The notes: generated by a model from the letters alone, not told the origin. DNA of 64,000 nt from an uncultured Candidatus Saccharibacteria bacterium (GCA_964510435.1 CAZEBU010000002.1:5458-69457); one strand, 5' to 3'. Shown: positions 39,045 through 48,498, counted from the first letter of the stretch. Made by a program: numbers and translations.

Positions 39045-39506
39045 TTAAACTTTCCTCAGTTTCTTTAGGGCTAAAATCGTACATCTAACGTTAGCCAGCT
39101 TATTACTGGATCCCAGCATTTTAGCCGAAACATTCTTAGCTCCTGCAAGCTCTAAAACTGCTCTTACCGGACCGCCGGCAATGATACCCGACCCTTCAGG
39201 AGCCGGTTTTAACAGTACCCTTGCTGCTGCATACTTATGAAGTACTTCATGAGGAATAGTGGAATTCTGAAGATTTACCTCAACCACATTATCTTTTGCT
39301 TTACTTACAGCCTTTTGAATAGCCCTGGAAACGTCTTTTGCTCTACCTAAAGCTGATCCTACCTTTCCCTTCTTATTCCCTACAATTACCAAAGCCGTAA
39401 ATCCAATAGCGTTACCTCCAGTGACTTTCTTAGATACCCTTTTTATATGATATACCCTCTCTTCTAACTCCTGTCCTTTTACAAAACCTCTGTTGCCCGG
39501 AATCAT
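39045..39506 (-). CDS. rpsE: 30S ribosomal protein uS5
   Basis: RVSKKVTGG and PAPEGSGIIAGG motifs. Confidence 0.98.
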   Translation of the reverse strand: MIPGNRGFVKGQELEERVYHIKRVSKKVTGGNAIGFTALVIVGNKKGKVGSALGRAKDVSRAIQKAVSKAKDNVVEVNLQNSTIPHEVLHKYAAARVLLKPAPEGSGIIAGGPVRAVLELAGAKNVSAKMLGSSNKLANVRCTILALKKLRKV

Positions 39507-39865
39507 AATTTAAGACCTCCTTCCCCAGCGCCCTCAGCAATTTGTTTAACTCTGCCATGATATTTATAGCCATTTCTATCAAAAACCACACTTATAATGT
39601 TTTTCTCCAGCGCTTTTTTCGCCAACAGCTTACCGATCTCAAAAGAGGCTTCAGTTTTGTTAACCTTCTTATGCATCTTCTTAACTTCTTTAAATGAAAG
39701 ACCTAGTAAAGTTTTCCCCCTGCTGTCATCAATGATCTGGCCATAGCAATAACTGTTAGACCTAAAAACAGATAATCTAGGTCTCTTCTCCGTACCAAAT
39801 ACCTTTTTTCTAACTCTTAATTTTCGTCTATCACTTTTACTTTTTCTTAAAATCACTTTACCCAT
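39503..39865 (-). CDS. rplR: 50S ribosomal protein uL18
   Basis: RPRLSVFRSN and FDRNGYKYHGRV motifs. Confidence 0.98.
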   Translation of the reverse strand: MGKVILRKSKSDRRKLRVRKKVFGTEKRPRLSVFRSNSYCYGQIIDDSRGKTLLGLSFKEVKKMHKKVNKTEASFEIGKLLAKKALEKNIISVVFDRNGYKYHGRVKQIAEGAGEGGLKL

Positions 39866-40407
39866 TATTGAACCTTTCCTGCCTTACCTGGCTTAGTTTT
39901 TACCACCTCTCCCGAATATCTTATACCCTTGCCTTTATATGGCTCCGGTTTTCTTAGGGACCTTATCTTTGCCGCCGTCAGTCCAACTAGCTGCTTATCA
40001 ATTCCCTTAACGGTAATATTCTTGTTGTCCTCTACGATAAGTTCGATACCATCAGGTTTTTTAAATTCCACCGGATGTGAATAACCTAAAGTCAATACCA
40101 TTCCATCGGAGACGCTTTTAGCACGGTAACCAACTCCCACTAATTCTAATTTCTTTTCGTAACCTGCTGTAACACCCTTGATCATATTATTTATTAAAGC
40201 TCTGGTTAATCCCCAATAAGCACCAGCTTTTTTACTTTCAAGCTTAACAGTAACAACCAACTCACCATCTTGGTTAACAACGTCAATTTCCGGCCTTTTA
40301 GTTATGCTCAACTCATTATTGGCATGCTTCACAGTAACTAAATCACCCTCTATTGTTACCTCAACGTTTTCCGGAATTTTAATTGGTGATCTACCTATAC
40401 GTGACAT
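39865..40407 (-). CDS. rplF: 50S ribosomal protein uL6
   Basis: MSRIGR and PEPYKGKGIRY motifs. Confidence 0.98.
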   Translation of the reverse strand: MSRIGRSPIKIPENVEVTIEGDLVTVKHANNELSITKRPEIDVVNQDGELVVTVKLESKKAGAYWGLTRALINNMIKGVTAGYEKKLELVGVGYRAKSVSDGMVLTLGYSHPVEFKKPDGIELIVEDNKNITVKGIDKQLVGLTAAKIRSLRKPEPYKGKGIRYSGEVVKTKPGKAGKVQ

Positions 40408-40409
40408 AA

Positions 40410-40808
40410 TTAATAAACCCTACAAATTACCTCTCCCCCCAGATTTTTCTTCTTAGCTTCATACCCGCTCATTATTCCTCGGGAGGTAGTTACCACCAAC
40501 ACTCCCGAACCTCCTACTACAGGTTTAATTTCCGTACTACTTGTATATAATCTTCTGCCCGGTTTGGAGATCCTTTTGATCTCCGTTAACCTAAAACCTT
40601 CACCTTCTCTGGTTAGATCTATTCTCAATCGTTTATAACTTTTTCCTTTTTCTTTGAAAACCCTCACATCGTCTAAGTAGCCGGCCTTCTTAAGGACCTT
40701 AGCAATATCCTCACATTCTTTCGAATAAAAAGTCTCAATGCTCGAATTGCCCGCCATAGCAGCGTTTTTTACTGAACTTAGCATGTTTGATATTCTGTCT
40801 AAACTCAT
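40410..40808 (-). CDS. rpsH: 30S ribosomal protein uS8
   Basis: RISKPGRRLY, TSRGIM and GGEVIC motifs. Confidence 0.98.
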   Translation of the reverse strand: MSLDRISNMLSSVKNAAMAGNSSIETFYSKECEDIAKVLKKAGYLDDVRVFKEKGKSYKRLRIDLTREGEGFRLTEIKRISKPGRRLYTSSTEIKPVVGGSGVLVVTTSRGIMSGYEAKKKNLGGEVICRVY

Positions 40809-40810
40809 AT

Positions 40811-40999
40811 CTACCAGCTTGCTTTCTGCACTCCGGGAAGCTCACCCCTATGCGCCAGTTCTCTAAAACACTTTCTGCAAATTTCAAATCTTCTCATAAA
40901 GCCTCTGGGATTAGCACAAATCCTACAGCGATTGTATTTTCTAACTTCAAATCTAAATTTACCTTTGCTATGCTTTTGTTTTAATGCTTCTTTAGCCAT
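40811..40999 (-). CDS. rpsN: 30S ribosomal protein uS14, zinc-binding type
   Basis: CRIC...CRKCFRELA...PGVQKASW. Confidence 0.97.
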   Translation of the reverse strand: MAKEALKQKHSKGKFRFEVRKYNRCRICANPRGFMRRFEICRKCFRELAHRGELPGVQKASW

Positions 41000-41036
41000 A
41001 CTAGCTTGTTAATATATCACTTTCATGAATAATTTT

Positions 41037-41594
41037 CTATTTGTTTTCATCTATTTCTTCTTTAAACGGCATGCCGATTTTTTTAAGTAACGAACGGTTC
41101 AACTCTTTATCGGAACTAGAACTCACAATGGTCACCTGCATATGTCGTATTCCTTTTGTGGTATTAGGATCCACCTCCGGGAAAATAATATGCTCAGTAA
41201 TTCCTAGAGAATAATTACCTGCATCATCAAACGAATCCTCATTCAAACCTCTAAAGTCGCGAATTCTTGGTATGGATACATTTATTAATTTATCCAAGAA
41301 TGCCCACATATGATCTCCTCTTAAAGTAGCTGCATATCCTACTACGTCGCCTTTTCTAATTTTAAAGCCGGACTCAGATAACCTTGCTTTTCTGGGATAG
41401 GGCTTTTGGCCCAATAAAAGAGTAAGATCATGCTCGAAGCTTTCCACCGCATCCCTACTCTCTCTAAAAGAACCTATACCGGCGTTAACCACAATTTTAA
41501 TTAATCTTGGCACCTGCATAACATTTTTTAAACCAAATTCCTTTTTCATGGCGGGTACTATTTTTTTAAGATAGTTTTCTTTTAACCTGGTCAT
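41037..41594 (-). CDS. rplE: 50S ribosomal protein uL5
   Basis: KIVVNAG, PRIRDFRG and IIFPEV motifs. Confidence 0.98.
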   Translation of the reverse strand: MTRLKENYLKKIVPAMKKEFGLKNVMQVPRLIKIVVNAGIGSFRESRDAVESFEHDLTLLLGQKPYPRKARLSESGFKIRKGDVVGYAATLRGDHMWAFLDKLINVSIPRIRDFRGLNEDSFDDAGNYSLGITEHIIFPEVDPNTTKGIRHMQVTIVSSSSDKELNRSLLKKIGMPFKEEIDENK

Positions 41595-41595
41595 T

Positions 41596-41907
41596 TTATT
41601 TATCAATTACCTCATTGGTAACTTTATTAACTCGGTATTTTTTTCCGTCAACTACCTTAATACCAAGCCTTATAGGCCGGCCAAGTTGATCATCAAAGTA
41701 CATCACATTTGAAACGCTGATCGGTGCTTCCTTTTTTATAATACCGCCCTCCTTAGATACCGCTCCCGGCTTAACGTGTCGCTTTACTATGTTAACCCCT
41801 TCCACAACCACCCTACTTGTCTGCAAATTAACCCTAAGCACACTACCAATCTTCCCTAAATCTTTCCCGGAGATCACTTTTACCTTGTCACCCTTTTTGA
41901 TCTTCAT
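41596..41907 (-). CDS. rplX: 50S ribosomal protein uL24
   Basis: IKKGDKVKVISGKD and EAPISVSNV motifs. Confidence 0.98.
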   Translation of the reverse strand: MKIKKGDKVKVISGKDLGKIGSVLRVNLQTSRVVVEGVNIVKRHVKPGAVSKEGGIIKKEAPISVSNVMYFDDQLGRPIRLGIKVVDGKKYRVNKVTNEVIDK

Positions 41908-41912
41908 AATTT

Positions 41913-42281
41913 TTACCAAACCTCCTTAGCTAAAGAGGCAATTTTTAAGAAACCCTCATCTCTTATTTCCCTAGCAATAGGACCAAACACACGAGTTCCA
42001 ACCATGTTCTTATCCTTACTTATCACCACAGCCGCATTATCATCAAACCTTATGTAACTGCCGTCTTTCCTTCTAACTTCTTTTCTTGTCCTGACGATCA
42101 AGGCACGAATAATTGTATGGTCTTTTAGCGCTCCCGCCGCGGTTGCACCGCTTACCACCGCGCTAACCGTGTCACCTACGGTAGCAAATCTCCTACCTGA
42201 ACTCCCGGGAATACCAATCAGTTTTAGTTTTTTGGCTCCCGAATTATCCGCTACATTTAGTACTGTACCTACTTGCACCAT
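41913..42281 (-). CDS. rplN: 50S ribosomal protein uL14
   Basis: VADNSGAK, FDDNAAV and GTRVFGP motifs. Confidence 0.98.
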   Translation of the reverse strand: MVQVGTVLNVADNSGAKKLKLIGIPGSSGRRFATVGDTVSAVVSGATAAGALKDHTIIRALIVRTRKEVRRKDGSYIRFDDNAAVVISKDKNMVGTRVFGPIAREIRDEGFLKIASLAKEVW

Positions 42282-42283
42282 AA

Positions 42284-42529
42284 TTACCCCTTATCCTTTG
42301 ATAAATCCTTTATAACTTTCCAGGTTACGGATTTACTATAAGGGGGCACTTCCTCAATGAGCACCGTATCACCCGTTTTAACTCCTAATTCATCCCTGGC
42401 CATAAATTTCTTTGTTCCTCTAACTAATTTCTTATATACAGGATGTCTTTTTTGTACCTTAACTGATACAACAACCGTTTTTTCCATTCTGTCTGAAATA
42501 ACTGTTCCTTCTAACTTTTTTTTAGGCAT
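42284..42529 (-). CDS. rpsQ: 30S ribosomal protein uS17
   Basis: GTVISDRMEKTVVV and HPVYKK motifs. Confidence 0.97.
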   Translation of the reverse strand: MPKKKLEGTVISDRMEKTVVVSVKVQKRHPVYKKLVRGTKKFMARDELGVKTGDTVLIEEVPPYSKSVTWKVIKDLSKDKG

Positions 42530-42734
42530 TTTTTGTATCCTCCAAAAATCTCTTCTCCGAAATAATTGTTTTTAGACGAGCAATATCTTTACGAAAATAC
42601 TTCATTTTCGAAACATTCTTATCTTTGCCTTTAAAAAGATCGCTCATCTGCTTTTGTAAATTTACTACTTGCTTAGAAAGTATTTCGTTTAATTCATTTA
42701 TGTTTTTGGTTCTTAAATCTCTTGCTTTTAACAT
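42522..42734 (-). CDS. rpmC: 50S ribosomal protein uL29
   Basis: RKDIARLKT motif; operon position. Confidence 0.93.
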   Translation of the reverse strand: MLKARDLRTKNINELNEILSKQVVNLQKQMSDLFKGKDKNVSKMKYFRKDIARLKTIISEKRFLEDTKNA

Positions 42735-42741
42735 AATTATT

Positions 42742-43149
42742 TTATTCCCTCATCACAAACCTTGTTTTAAGTGGCAATTTATCAGCAGCTCTTCTAAAAG
42801 CTGCCCTGGCAATGTCCTCAGTTACGCCTGATATTTCAAAAATTATCTTTCCCGGTTTTACCACGGCTGCAAAGTGATCCGGAGGTGATTTCCCACTACC
42901 CATTCTTGTTTCCTGAGGTTTTTTAGAAACTGACTTATGCGGGAATACTCTAATCCATAACTTACCACCTCTTTTTGTCTTATGACTTATCGCTTTTCTT
43001 GCTGCCTCGATCTGTCTTGAAGTAAGCAAACCCCTATCTTCCGACTTTAATGCGTATTCACCAAATGAGACTGTGCTACCTCTAATTGCTACACCCTTAT
43101 TAGTACCTCTTTGATGTTTTCTATATTTCACTTTCTTCGGCATTAACAT
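42742..43149 (-). CDS. rplP: 50S ribosomal protein uL16
   Basis: [14 protein letters not shown] and RMGSGK motifs. Confidence 0.98.
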   Translation of the reverse strand: MLMPKKVKYRKHQRGTNKGVAIRGSTVSFGEYALKSEDRGLLTSRQIEAARKAISHKTKRGGKLWIRVFPHKSVSKKPQETRMGSGKSPPDHFAAVVKPGKIIFEISGVTEDIARAAFRRAADKLPLKTRFVMRE

Positions 43150-43182
43150 ATATGTACACTCCTAGGCTTTTAAAAAAACCTC

Positions 43183-43815
43183 TTACAATTCTATTTCTCC
43201 TTTGTAGATCCAAACTTTTACCCCCACTGTTCCGTACAACAAATTACAATTCACTTGAGCATAATCGATATCTGCTCTTAAAGTCTGCAAAGGAACTGGG
43301 CCGTTTTTATACTTTTCGGTACGGGCAATTGTGTTGCTGCCACTTAGCAACCCTTTAACTTGGATCTTAATTCCCTTCACACCCTTATCCATGGCAGTAT
43401 TTATAGCATTGTTAGCTATCCTTCTAGCTGGTATCCGCCTTTTTAGCTGCCTACAGATGTATTGGGCTACTAACTCGGCTTCTATCTCAGGTGTCTTAAT
43501 TTCCTCTACGCTAATTTTTATTTTGGAATCAGTCATTTTTTTTAACTCTTTCTCTGTGGCCTCTATTCCAGATCCTGCTCTTCCAATAACTATACCCGGC
43601 TTTGATACCTTAACTTGAATTCTTAATTCATTGACTGCCCTTTCTATCTCTACACTCTTAAGACCTGCCATATCAAGCCTTTTTTTAAGTAATTCACGAA
43701 TTTTATAATCTTCGTAAACATTCTTGGCATAACCTTTCTTATCCGAAAACCATCTGGATTTCCAATCTTTGGTTATTCCTAATCTAAATCCATAAGGATG
43801 TATCTTTTGACCCAT
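43183..43815 (-). CDS. rpsC: 30S ribosomal protein uS3
   Basis: MGQKIHPYGFRLG, PLQTLRADIDY and GVKVWI motifs. Confidence 0.98.
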   Translation of the reverse strand: MGQKIHPYGFRLGITKDWKSRWFSDKKGYAKNVYEDYKIRELLKKRLDMAGLKSVEIERAVNELRIQVKVSKPGIVIGRAGSGIEATEKELKKMTDSKIKISVEEIKTPEIEAELVAQYICRQLKRRIPARRIANNAINTAMDKGVKGIKIQVKGLLSGSNTIARTEKYKNGPVPLQTLRADIDYAQVNCNLLYGTVGVKVWIYKGEIEL

Positions 43816-43816
43816 G

Positions 43817-44212
43817 CTACTTTTTCTTGGTTACCTTTCTAATCCGTCCTTTGCTTTCTACGGGCTCTACCTTAGTGGACGACAAACCAATTACTATATG
43901 ACTATTCCTCTTAAGAATAGGGTCAAATCTTCCCTTTGACCCCATACGACCGAATTTGTATGTTCTTGCTTGATTTGCATATACTTCGGAGAGATAGAGC
44001 TTTTCCGGATCCAAATTATAGTTATTTTTTGCATTAGATTCCGCTGACTTTAAGACTTTTAAGACCATTTTTGCGGCCTTTGTATGATCAAAAGTGAGAA
44101 GAAGCTTAGCATCGTGCAGAGACCTGTCTTTAATCATATCTATAACAATACCCACCTTTTTAGGTGATATTCTGGCCATTTTGTGTTTTGCATAAACTTC
44201 CGCTTTACCCAT
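43817..44212 (-). CDS. rplV: 50S ribosomal protein uL22
   Basis: RISPKK, LKSAESNA and KRNSHI motifs; start reassigned to ATG 44212. Confidence 0.96.
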   Translation of the reverse strand: MGKAEVYAKHKMARISPKKVGIVIDMIKDRSLHDAKLLLTFDHTKAAKMVLKVLKSAESNAKNNYNLDPEKLYLSEVYANQARTYKFGRMGSKGRFDPILKRNSHIVIGLSSTKVEPVESKGRIRKVTKKK

Positions 44213-44228
44213 AAGATCCCAATAACAA

Positions 44229-44492
44229 TTACTTTTTTGAGGAGTGACCCCTAAACACTCTGGTAGGTGCAAATTCCCCTAGCTTGTGACCCACCATTGA
44301 TTCAGTTATATACACGGCAACATGTTTTCTTCCGTCATGCACTTCAAACGTCAACCCAACCATCTCAGGAGTGATAGTTGATCTTCTCGACCAAGTCTTT
44401 ATGGGAGTTTTCTTTCCTGACTCCAGGACTCTATTAATTTTTTTCTGTAGCTTTTCGTCTACATAAATACCTTTTTTCAGTGATCTACCCAT
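44229..44492 (-). CDS. rpsS: 30S ribosomal protein uS19
   Basis: KTWSRRS and [11 protein letters not shown] motifs. Confidence 0.98.
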   Translation of the reverse strand: MGRSLKKGIYVDEKLQKKINRVLESGKKTPIKTWSRRSTITPEMVGLTFEVHDGRKHVAVYITESMVGHKLGEFAPTRVFRGHSSKK

Positions 44493-44497
44493 ATTAT

Positions 44498-45322
44498 TTA
44501 CCTCCTTTTAGTCTTTCTTTTTACAATATACTTATTTGTACTTTTTCTTCTTCGAGTTTTTTTACCTCTAGTTTTTTTACCCCAAGGAGTCTTTGGAGAA
44601 GGCATACCAATACCAGTATCCGAATAAGAACCTCCGTGAGGATGGGCATCAGTCCCCATAGCTACTCCACGTACCGCAGGTCTCCAGCCCAAGTGCCTTT
44701 TCTTTCCTGCCTTACCCACTCTGATATGTCTATGGTCAGCATTACTCAATCCACCAATTGTGGCATAACAAGCATCAATGATCATCTTTACCTCGCCGCT
44801 GGGCAGTTTGACGCTTGCATATTTTCCCTCTTTAGCCATAATTACTGCTGAATTACCCGCTCCCCGCGCAATTTGTCCTCCTCTACCGGGATTAATTTCG
44901 ACGTTGTGTATTTTAGTACTAAGTGGGATTTCACTCAAGGGAAGTGCATTCCCCACCTCCAAGGGAGCTTTCTTACCGGCCGTGATCTCCATACCTACTC
45001 TTAATCCCTCCGGTGATAATATATATCTTTTTTCTCCGTCGGCATAATTAATAAGAGCGATATTACAACCCCTGTTTGGATCGTGTTCGATAGTTGCCAC
45101 CTTGCCGGGAATATTCCTTTTATTTCTCTTAAAATCTATCACCCTATACTGTTTTTTTGCTCCTCTCTGTCTGTGCCTGGTAGATATTCTTCCCTTGTTT
45201 CTTCCCACCGGCCCTTTAAGTGATTTGGTGAGCTTTTTATTAGACTTAACCTTATCCACCTCTCTCACCAAAGTCTTCCTAAACCTTATTCCCGGACTTG
45301 TGGGTTTGAACGTCTTGATCAT
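44498..45322 (-). CDS. rplB: 50S ribosomal protein uL2
   Basis: [19 protein letters not shown] and TPWGK motifs. Confidence 0.98.
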   Translation of the reverse strand: MIKTFKPTSPGIRFRKTLVREVDKVKSNKKLTKSLKGPVGRNKGRISTRHRQRGAKKQYRVIDFKRNKRNIPGKVATIEHDPNRGCNIALINYADGEKRYILSPEGLRVGMEITAGKKAPLEVGNALPLSEIPLSTKIHNVEINPGRGGQIARGAGNSAVIMAKEGKYASVKLPSGEVKMIIDACYATIGGLSNADHRHIRVGKAGKKRHLGWRPAVRGVAMGTDAHPHGGSYSDTGIGMPSPKTPWGKKTRGKKTRRRKSTNKYIVKRKTKRR

Positions 45323-45324
45323 TT

Positions 45325-45612
45325 TTATTTACCTACAAGATCAATTTTCTGACCTTCTTTCAACTTAACAACCACTTTTTTCCATCCCCTCGTCTTAATA
45401 AAATTTCTGGTGCCAACTATCCTTCTCTTTTTTCCCGGCATTATCATGGTGTTTACTTTAACTACATCGACATCATAAAGTCTTTTCACTTCCAAAGCTA
45501 TAGCCCCCTTGGATGCTTTTTTGTTTGCCCTAAAGACATATTTTGACTCCGGCTCTAAAGCCAGGGTTTTTTCAGTCACTATTGGTTTTATAACTGTTTC
45601 ACTTAATCTCAT
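45325..45612 (-). CDS. rplW: 50S ribosomal protein uL23
   Basis: PIVTEK, KVNT and WKKVVVKL motifs. Confidence 0.97.
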   Translation of the reverse strand: MRLSETVIKPIVTEKTLALEPESKYVFRANKKASKGAIALEVKRLYDVDVVKVNTMIMPGKKRRIVGTRNFIKTRGWKKVVVKLKEGQKIDLVGK

Positions 45613-46229
45613 TTGATCCTTTCCTGCAAACTAATCAGTGATTCCTCAGCAAATAGTACATTCTCACTGGAAATTAGATCAAAAGCATTGATGTTTTGAG
45701 CTAACGAACACTCCAGCTGTTTGACATTGGCGGTACTTTTTAAAACGTTCGCGTCACTCTTCTCTAAAACCACCAATGTCTTACCTGTTAAATTAAGGTT
45801 TTCTATCAGCTCTTTCATTTTTTTGGTGCTTGGTTTATTGAGTTTTACATGATCAACAACAAATATTTTTTTCCCCACATACTTCTCTGATAAAGCACTG
45901 ATCATAGTGGCTTTTTTCATTTTCTTGGGCATGGATAATTGCCAAGATTTAGGTTTTGGTCCGTGTGCGATACCTCCATGAACCCATAAAGGGCTTCTCC
46001 TCGAGCCGTGTCTGGCTCTGCCAGTACCTTTTTGCTTCCAAGGCTTCTTGCCTCCCCCAGACACCTCAGCCCTTGTCTTTGTAGCGGAAGTTCCTTGCCT
46101 TTTATTCGAACGGTAGACATGTATATATTGAGTTAACAGGTCACGGTTTACTTTTTGACCAAACACTTTTTTATCAAGTGTCACTTCTGAAACTTTTTTT
46201 CCTGTTTTATCAACTACGTCAACTTTCAT
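45609..46229 (-). CDS. rplD: 50S ribosomal protein uL4
   Basis: KTRAEVSGGGKKPWKQKGTGRARHGS motif. Confidence 0.98.
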   Translation of the reverse strand: MKVDVVDKTGKKVSEVTLDKKVFGQKVNRDLLTQYIHVYRSNKRQGTSATKTRAEVSGGGKKPWKQKGTGRARHGSRRSPLWVHGGIAHGPKPKSWQLSMPKKMKKATMISALSEKYVGKKIFVVDHVKLNKPSTKKMKELIENLNLTGKTLVVLEKSDANVLKSTANVKQLECSLAQNINAFDLISSENVLFAEESLISLQERIK

Positions 46230-46231
46230 AC

Positions 46232-46660
46232 CTAGTCCACAAGTAAAACTTTAACTTTAGAGTTTACTGCTCCTGGTATAGGGCCGGAAACCATAAACTC
46301 ACTGCCGTCTTTTGATACGTTAACAATTTTTAAACCCTTAATGGTCACATTCTTATTTCCGTGTCTGCCCGCCATTTTTTTACCTTTAAAAACACGACCG
46401 GGCGTCTGAGATCCTATAGACCCTGCTGCTCTTGGTTTATTAGATTGCCCATGCGTTGCTCGACCCCCTTTAAAACCCCACTTTTTCATTACTCCAGTGA
46501 AGCCTTTTCCTTTTGATCTTCCCGTAACGGCAACCTCTTTATCTAAATAATCACTTTCTATCCCGTCATCCGTTTTAATGATGGTCACAGGAACAACCTT
46601 ACCGTTCCCCAAAAATATCTGACTCATCTTTACTTTTTTTCCTTTTATAACTTTATTCAT
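46232..46660 (-). CDS. rplC: 50S ribosomal protein uL3, internally shortened (142 aa)
   Basis: GKKVKMSQIF, PVTII, TGRSKGKGFTG, GSIG and PGRVFKGKKMAG motifs. Confidence 0.96.
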   Translation of the reverse strand: MNKVIKGKKVKMSQIFLGNGKVVPVTIIKTDDGIESDYLDKEVAVTGRSKGKGFTGVMKKWGFKGGRATHGQSNKPRAAGSIGSQTPGRVFKGKKMAGRHGNKNVTIKGLKIVNVSKDGSEFMVSGPIPGAVNSKVKVLLVD

Positions 46661-46691
46661 CTTATTACCGCGTTATTCGTTTATACTCCAC

Positions 46692-46713
46692 AAAAAAAGC
46701 GCCCTTGGGGCGC
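46692..46713 (-). terminator. Intrinsic terminator-like hairpin inside the rplC leader (candidate attenuator)
   Basis: Minus strand GCGCCC-CAA-GGGCGC followed by T7, 31 nt before the rplC ATG. Confidence 0.7.
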
Positions 46714-46776
46714 CCCATATCGCAAGCTTTTTCCCAAGACATTAATAATCATGTACCTTTTTCAGTCACAATCTGC

Positions 46777-46805
46777 ATTATATCTTACTTTGCTCGATAA
46801 ATCAC
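46777..46805 (-). promoter_or_regulatory. Promoter for the rplC-spc operon
   Basis: GTGATT-17-TATAAT within the 198-bp rpsJ-rplC gap. Confidence 0.55.
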
Positions 46806-46858
46806 TTCTTGATAAATCTGGCTTCGTTCGATGTATTACTTCGTAATAGAACAAAATA

Positions 46859-47179
46859 CTACATCTTTATTGAAATACCTACACCTGCAGGCAAGTTCAA
46901 TCTAGATAGGCTATCTACTGTTGAGCTAGTTGGATTAATGACATCTATCACTCTCTTGTGTGTCCTTAACTCAAACTGCTCTCTTGATCTCTTATCAATA
47001 TGGGGACCTCTAATAACAGTGAACCTTTCTTTTCTTGTAGGCAGCGGTATGGGACCAACAACCTTTGCTCCTGTTCTAATCACCGTATCCACTATTTTGG
47101 AGCAACTTAGATCCATGACCCTACTGTCATACGAATTTAGCTTTATTCTAATTTTTATATCCTTCTGTTCTTTAGCCAT
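46859..47179 (-). CDS. rpsJ: 30S ribosomal protein uS10
   Basis: GPIPLPT and [12 protein letters not shown] motifs. Confidence 0.98.
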   Translation of the reverse strand: MAKEQKDIKIRIKLNSYDSRVMDLSCSKIVDTVIRTGAKVVGPIPLPTRKERFTVIRGPHIDKRSREQFELRTHKRVIDVINPTSSTVDSLSRLNLPAGVGISIKM

Positions 47180-47193
47180 CGCCGTTCATAGAG

Positions 47194-47216
47194 AGGGCGC
47201 TGCATAGCAGCGCCCT
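47194..47216 (-). terminator. GC-rich stem-loop after tuf (weak terminator or mRNA 3' stabiliser)
   Basis: Perfect 10-bp stem AGGGCGCTGC-TAT-GCAGCGCCCT, with no real U-tract on the coding strand. Confidence 0.55.
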
Positions 47217-47235
47217 TTCCTTTTAAAAAACCAGG

Positions 47236-48414
47236 TTATGAAATTACTTTTGTAATAACTCCAGCCCCAACAGTATGTCCGCCTTCTCTGACAGCAAACT
47301 TTAGACCCTCTTCTAGGGCAACGGGAGTGATCAACTTTACCGTCATGTTAACATCGTCACCCGGCATTACCATTTCTACTCCCTCAGGAAGTGTAATACT
47401 TCCCGTAACATCAGTGGTCCTCAGGTAAAACTGGGGTCTGTAACCACTGAAGAACTGTTTATGCCTCCCACCCTCTTCTTTTGAGAGAACATAGACTTGG
47501 GCTTCAAACTCCATATGTGGTGTAATGCTCCCGGGTTTTGCTAAAACTTGCCCTCTTTCTATGTCTTCCCTATCGATCCCTCTTAGCAAAATACCCACAT
47601 TGTCACCCGCTTGACCTTCTTTAAGTTGCTTTCTAAACATTTCCACGCCCGTAACCACTGTCTTCTGGGTATCTCTAATGCCTACAATTTCCACTTCCTC
47701 ATTTAAGGCAACTTTTCCTCTTTCTATTCTTCCAGTGGCTACAGTTCCTCTGCCCTTAATGGAAAAGACATCTTCCACAGGCATTAAAAATGGTTTATCA
47801 AGTTCCCTATCAGGAGTAGGGATATATTCGTCAACAGCATCCATAAGCTCGATGATTGATTTTTTTGCCTCTTCGTCTCCTTCAAGCGCTTTAAGAGCAC
47901 TTCCCTTGATAATAGGGATCTCATCACCCGGGAAACCATATTTGGTCAACAATTCCCTAACTTCCAGTTCCACAAGATCCAGAATTTCATCATCCTGCAC
48001 CATGTCTACTTTGTTCATATAAACTACCATGGCTGGCACATTGACTTGTTTAGCCAACAAGATATGCTCTCTGGTCTGAGGCATGGGTCCATCCGGAGCG
48101 GAAACTACCAAAACAGCACCATCTACTTGCGCGGCGCCGGTGATCATGTTTTTAATGTAGTCAGCATGACCCGGACAGTCAATGTGCGCATAGTGCCGTT
48201 TTTCGGTTTCGTACTCTACGTGGGTAATATTGATAGTGATGCCTCTTTCTTTTTCCTCAGGCGCTTTATCAATATCCTCAAATTTATAAAATTCTGCTAG
48301 CCCTTTTTCTGATAATACTTTTGTAATAGCTGCAGTTAAGGTTGTTTTACCATGGTCAACATGTCCGATGGTCCCTATGTTGATATGCGGCTTTGTTCTT
48401 TGAAATTCAGCCAT
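47236..48414 (-). CDS. tuf: Elongation factor Tu
   Basis: [22 protein letters not shown] and GSAL motifs; SD GAAAGGA. Confidence 0.99.
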   Translation of the reverse strand: MAEFQRTKPHINIGTIGHVDHGKTTLTAAITKVLSEKGLAEFYKFEDIDKAPEEKERGITINITHVEYETEKRHYAHIDCPGHADYIKNMITGAAQVDGAVLVVSAPDGPMPQTREHILLAKQVNVPAMVVYMNKVDMVQDDEILDLVELEVRELLTKYGFPGDEIPIIKGSALKALEGDEEAKKSIIELMDAVDEYIPTPDRELDKPFLMPVEDVFSIKGRGTVATGRIERGKVALNEEVEIVGIRDTQKTVVTGVEMFRKQLKEGQAGDNVGILLRGIDREDIERGQVLAKPGSITPHMEFEAQVYVLSKEEGGRHKQFFSGYRPQFYLRTTDVTGSITLPEGVEMVMPGDDVNMTVKLITPVALEEGLKFAVREGGHTVGAGVITKVIS

Positions 48415-48459
48415 TTTTTTCCTTTCAAATTAATTAACTAATTATTTATTCCTATTAAA

Positions 48460-48468
48460 ATTTTAGCA
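48460..48468 (-). promoter_or_regulatory. Internal extended -10 promoter for tuf
   Basis: TGcTAAAAT in the fusA-tuf gap, followed by an AT-rich leader and an SD. Confidence 0.5.
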
Positions 48469-48498
48469 GAGGTAGTTAACCAAGAAAAGCGATTAAAA

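Noticed and set aside
46834-46848. TATTAC-GAA-GTAATA hairpin after rpsJ as a terminator
   Set aside because: It is a weak AT-rich 6-bp stem with no U-tract.
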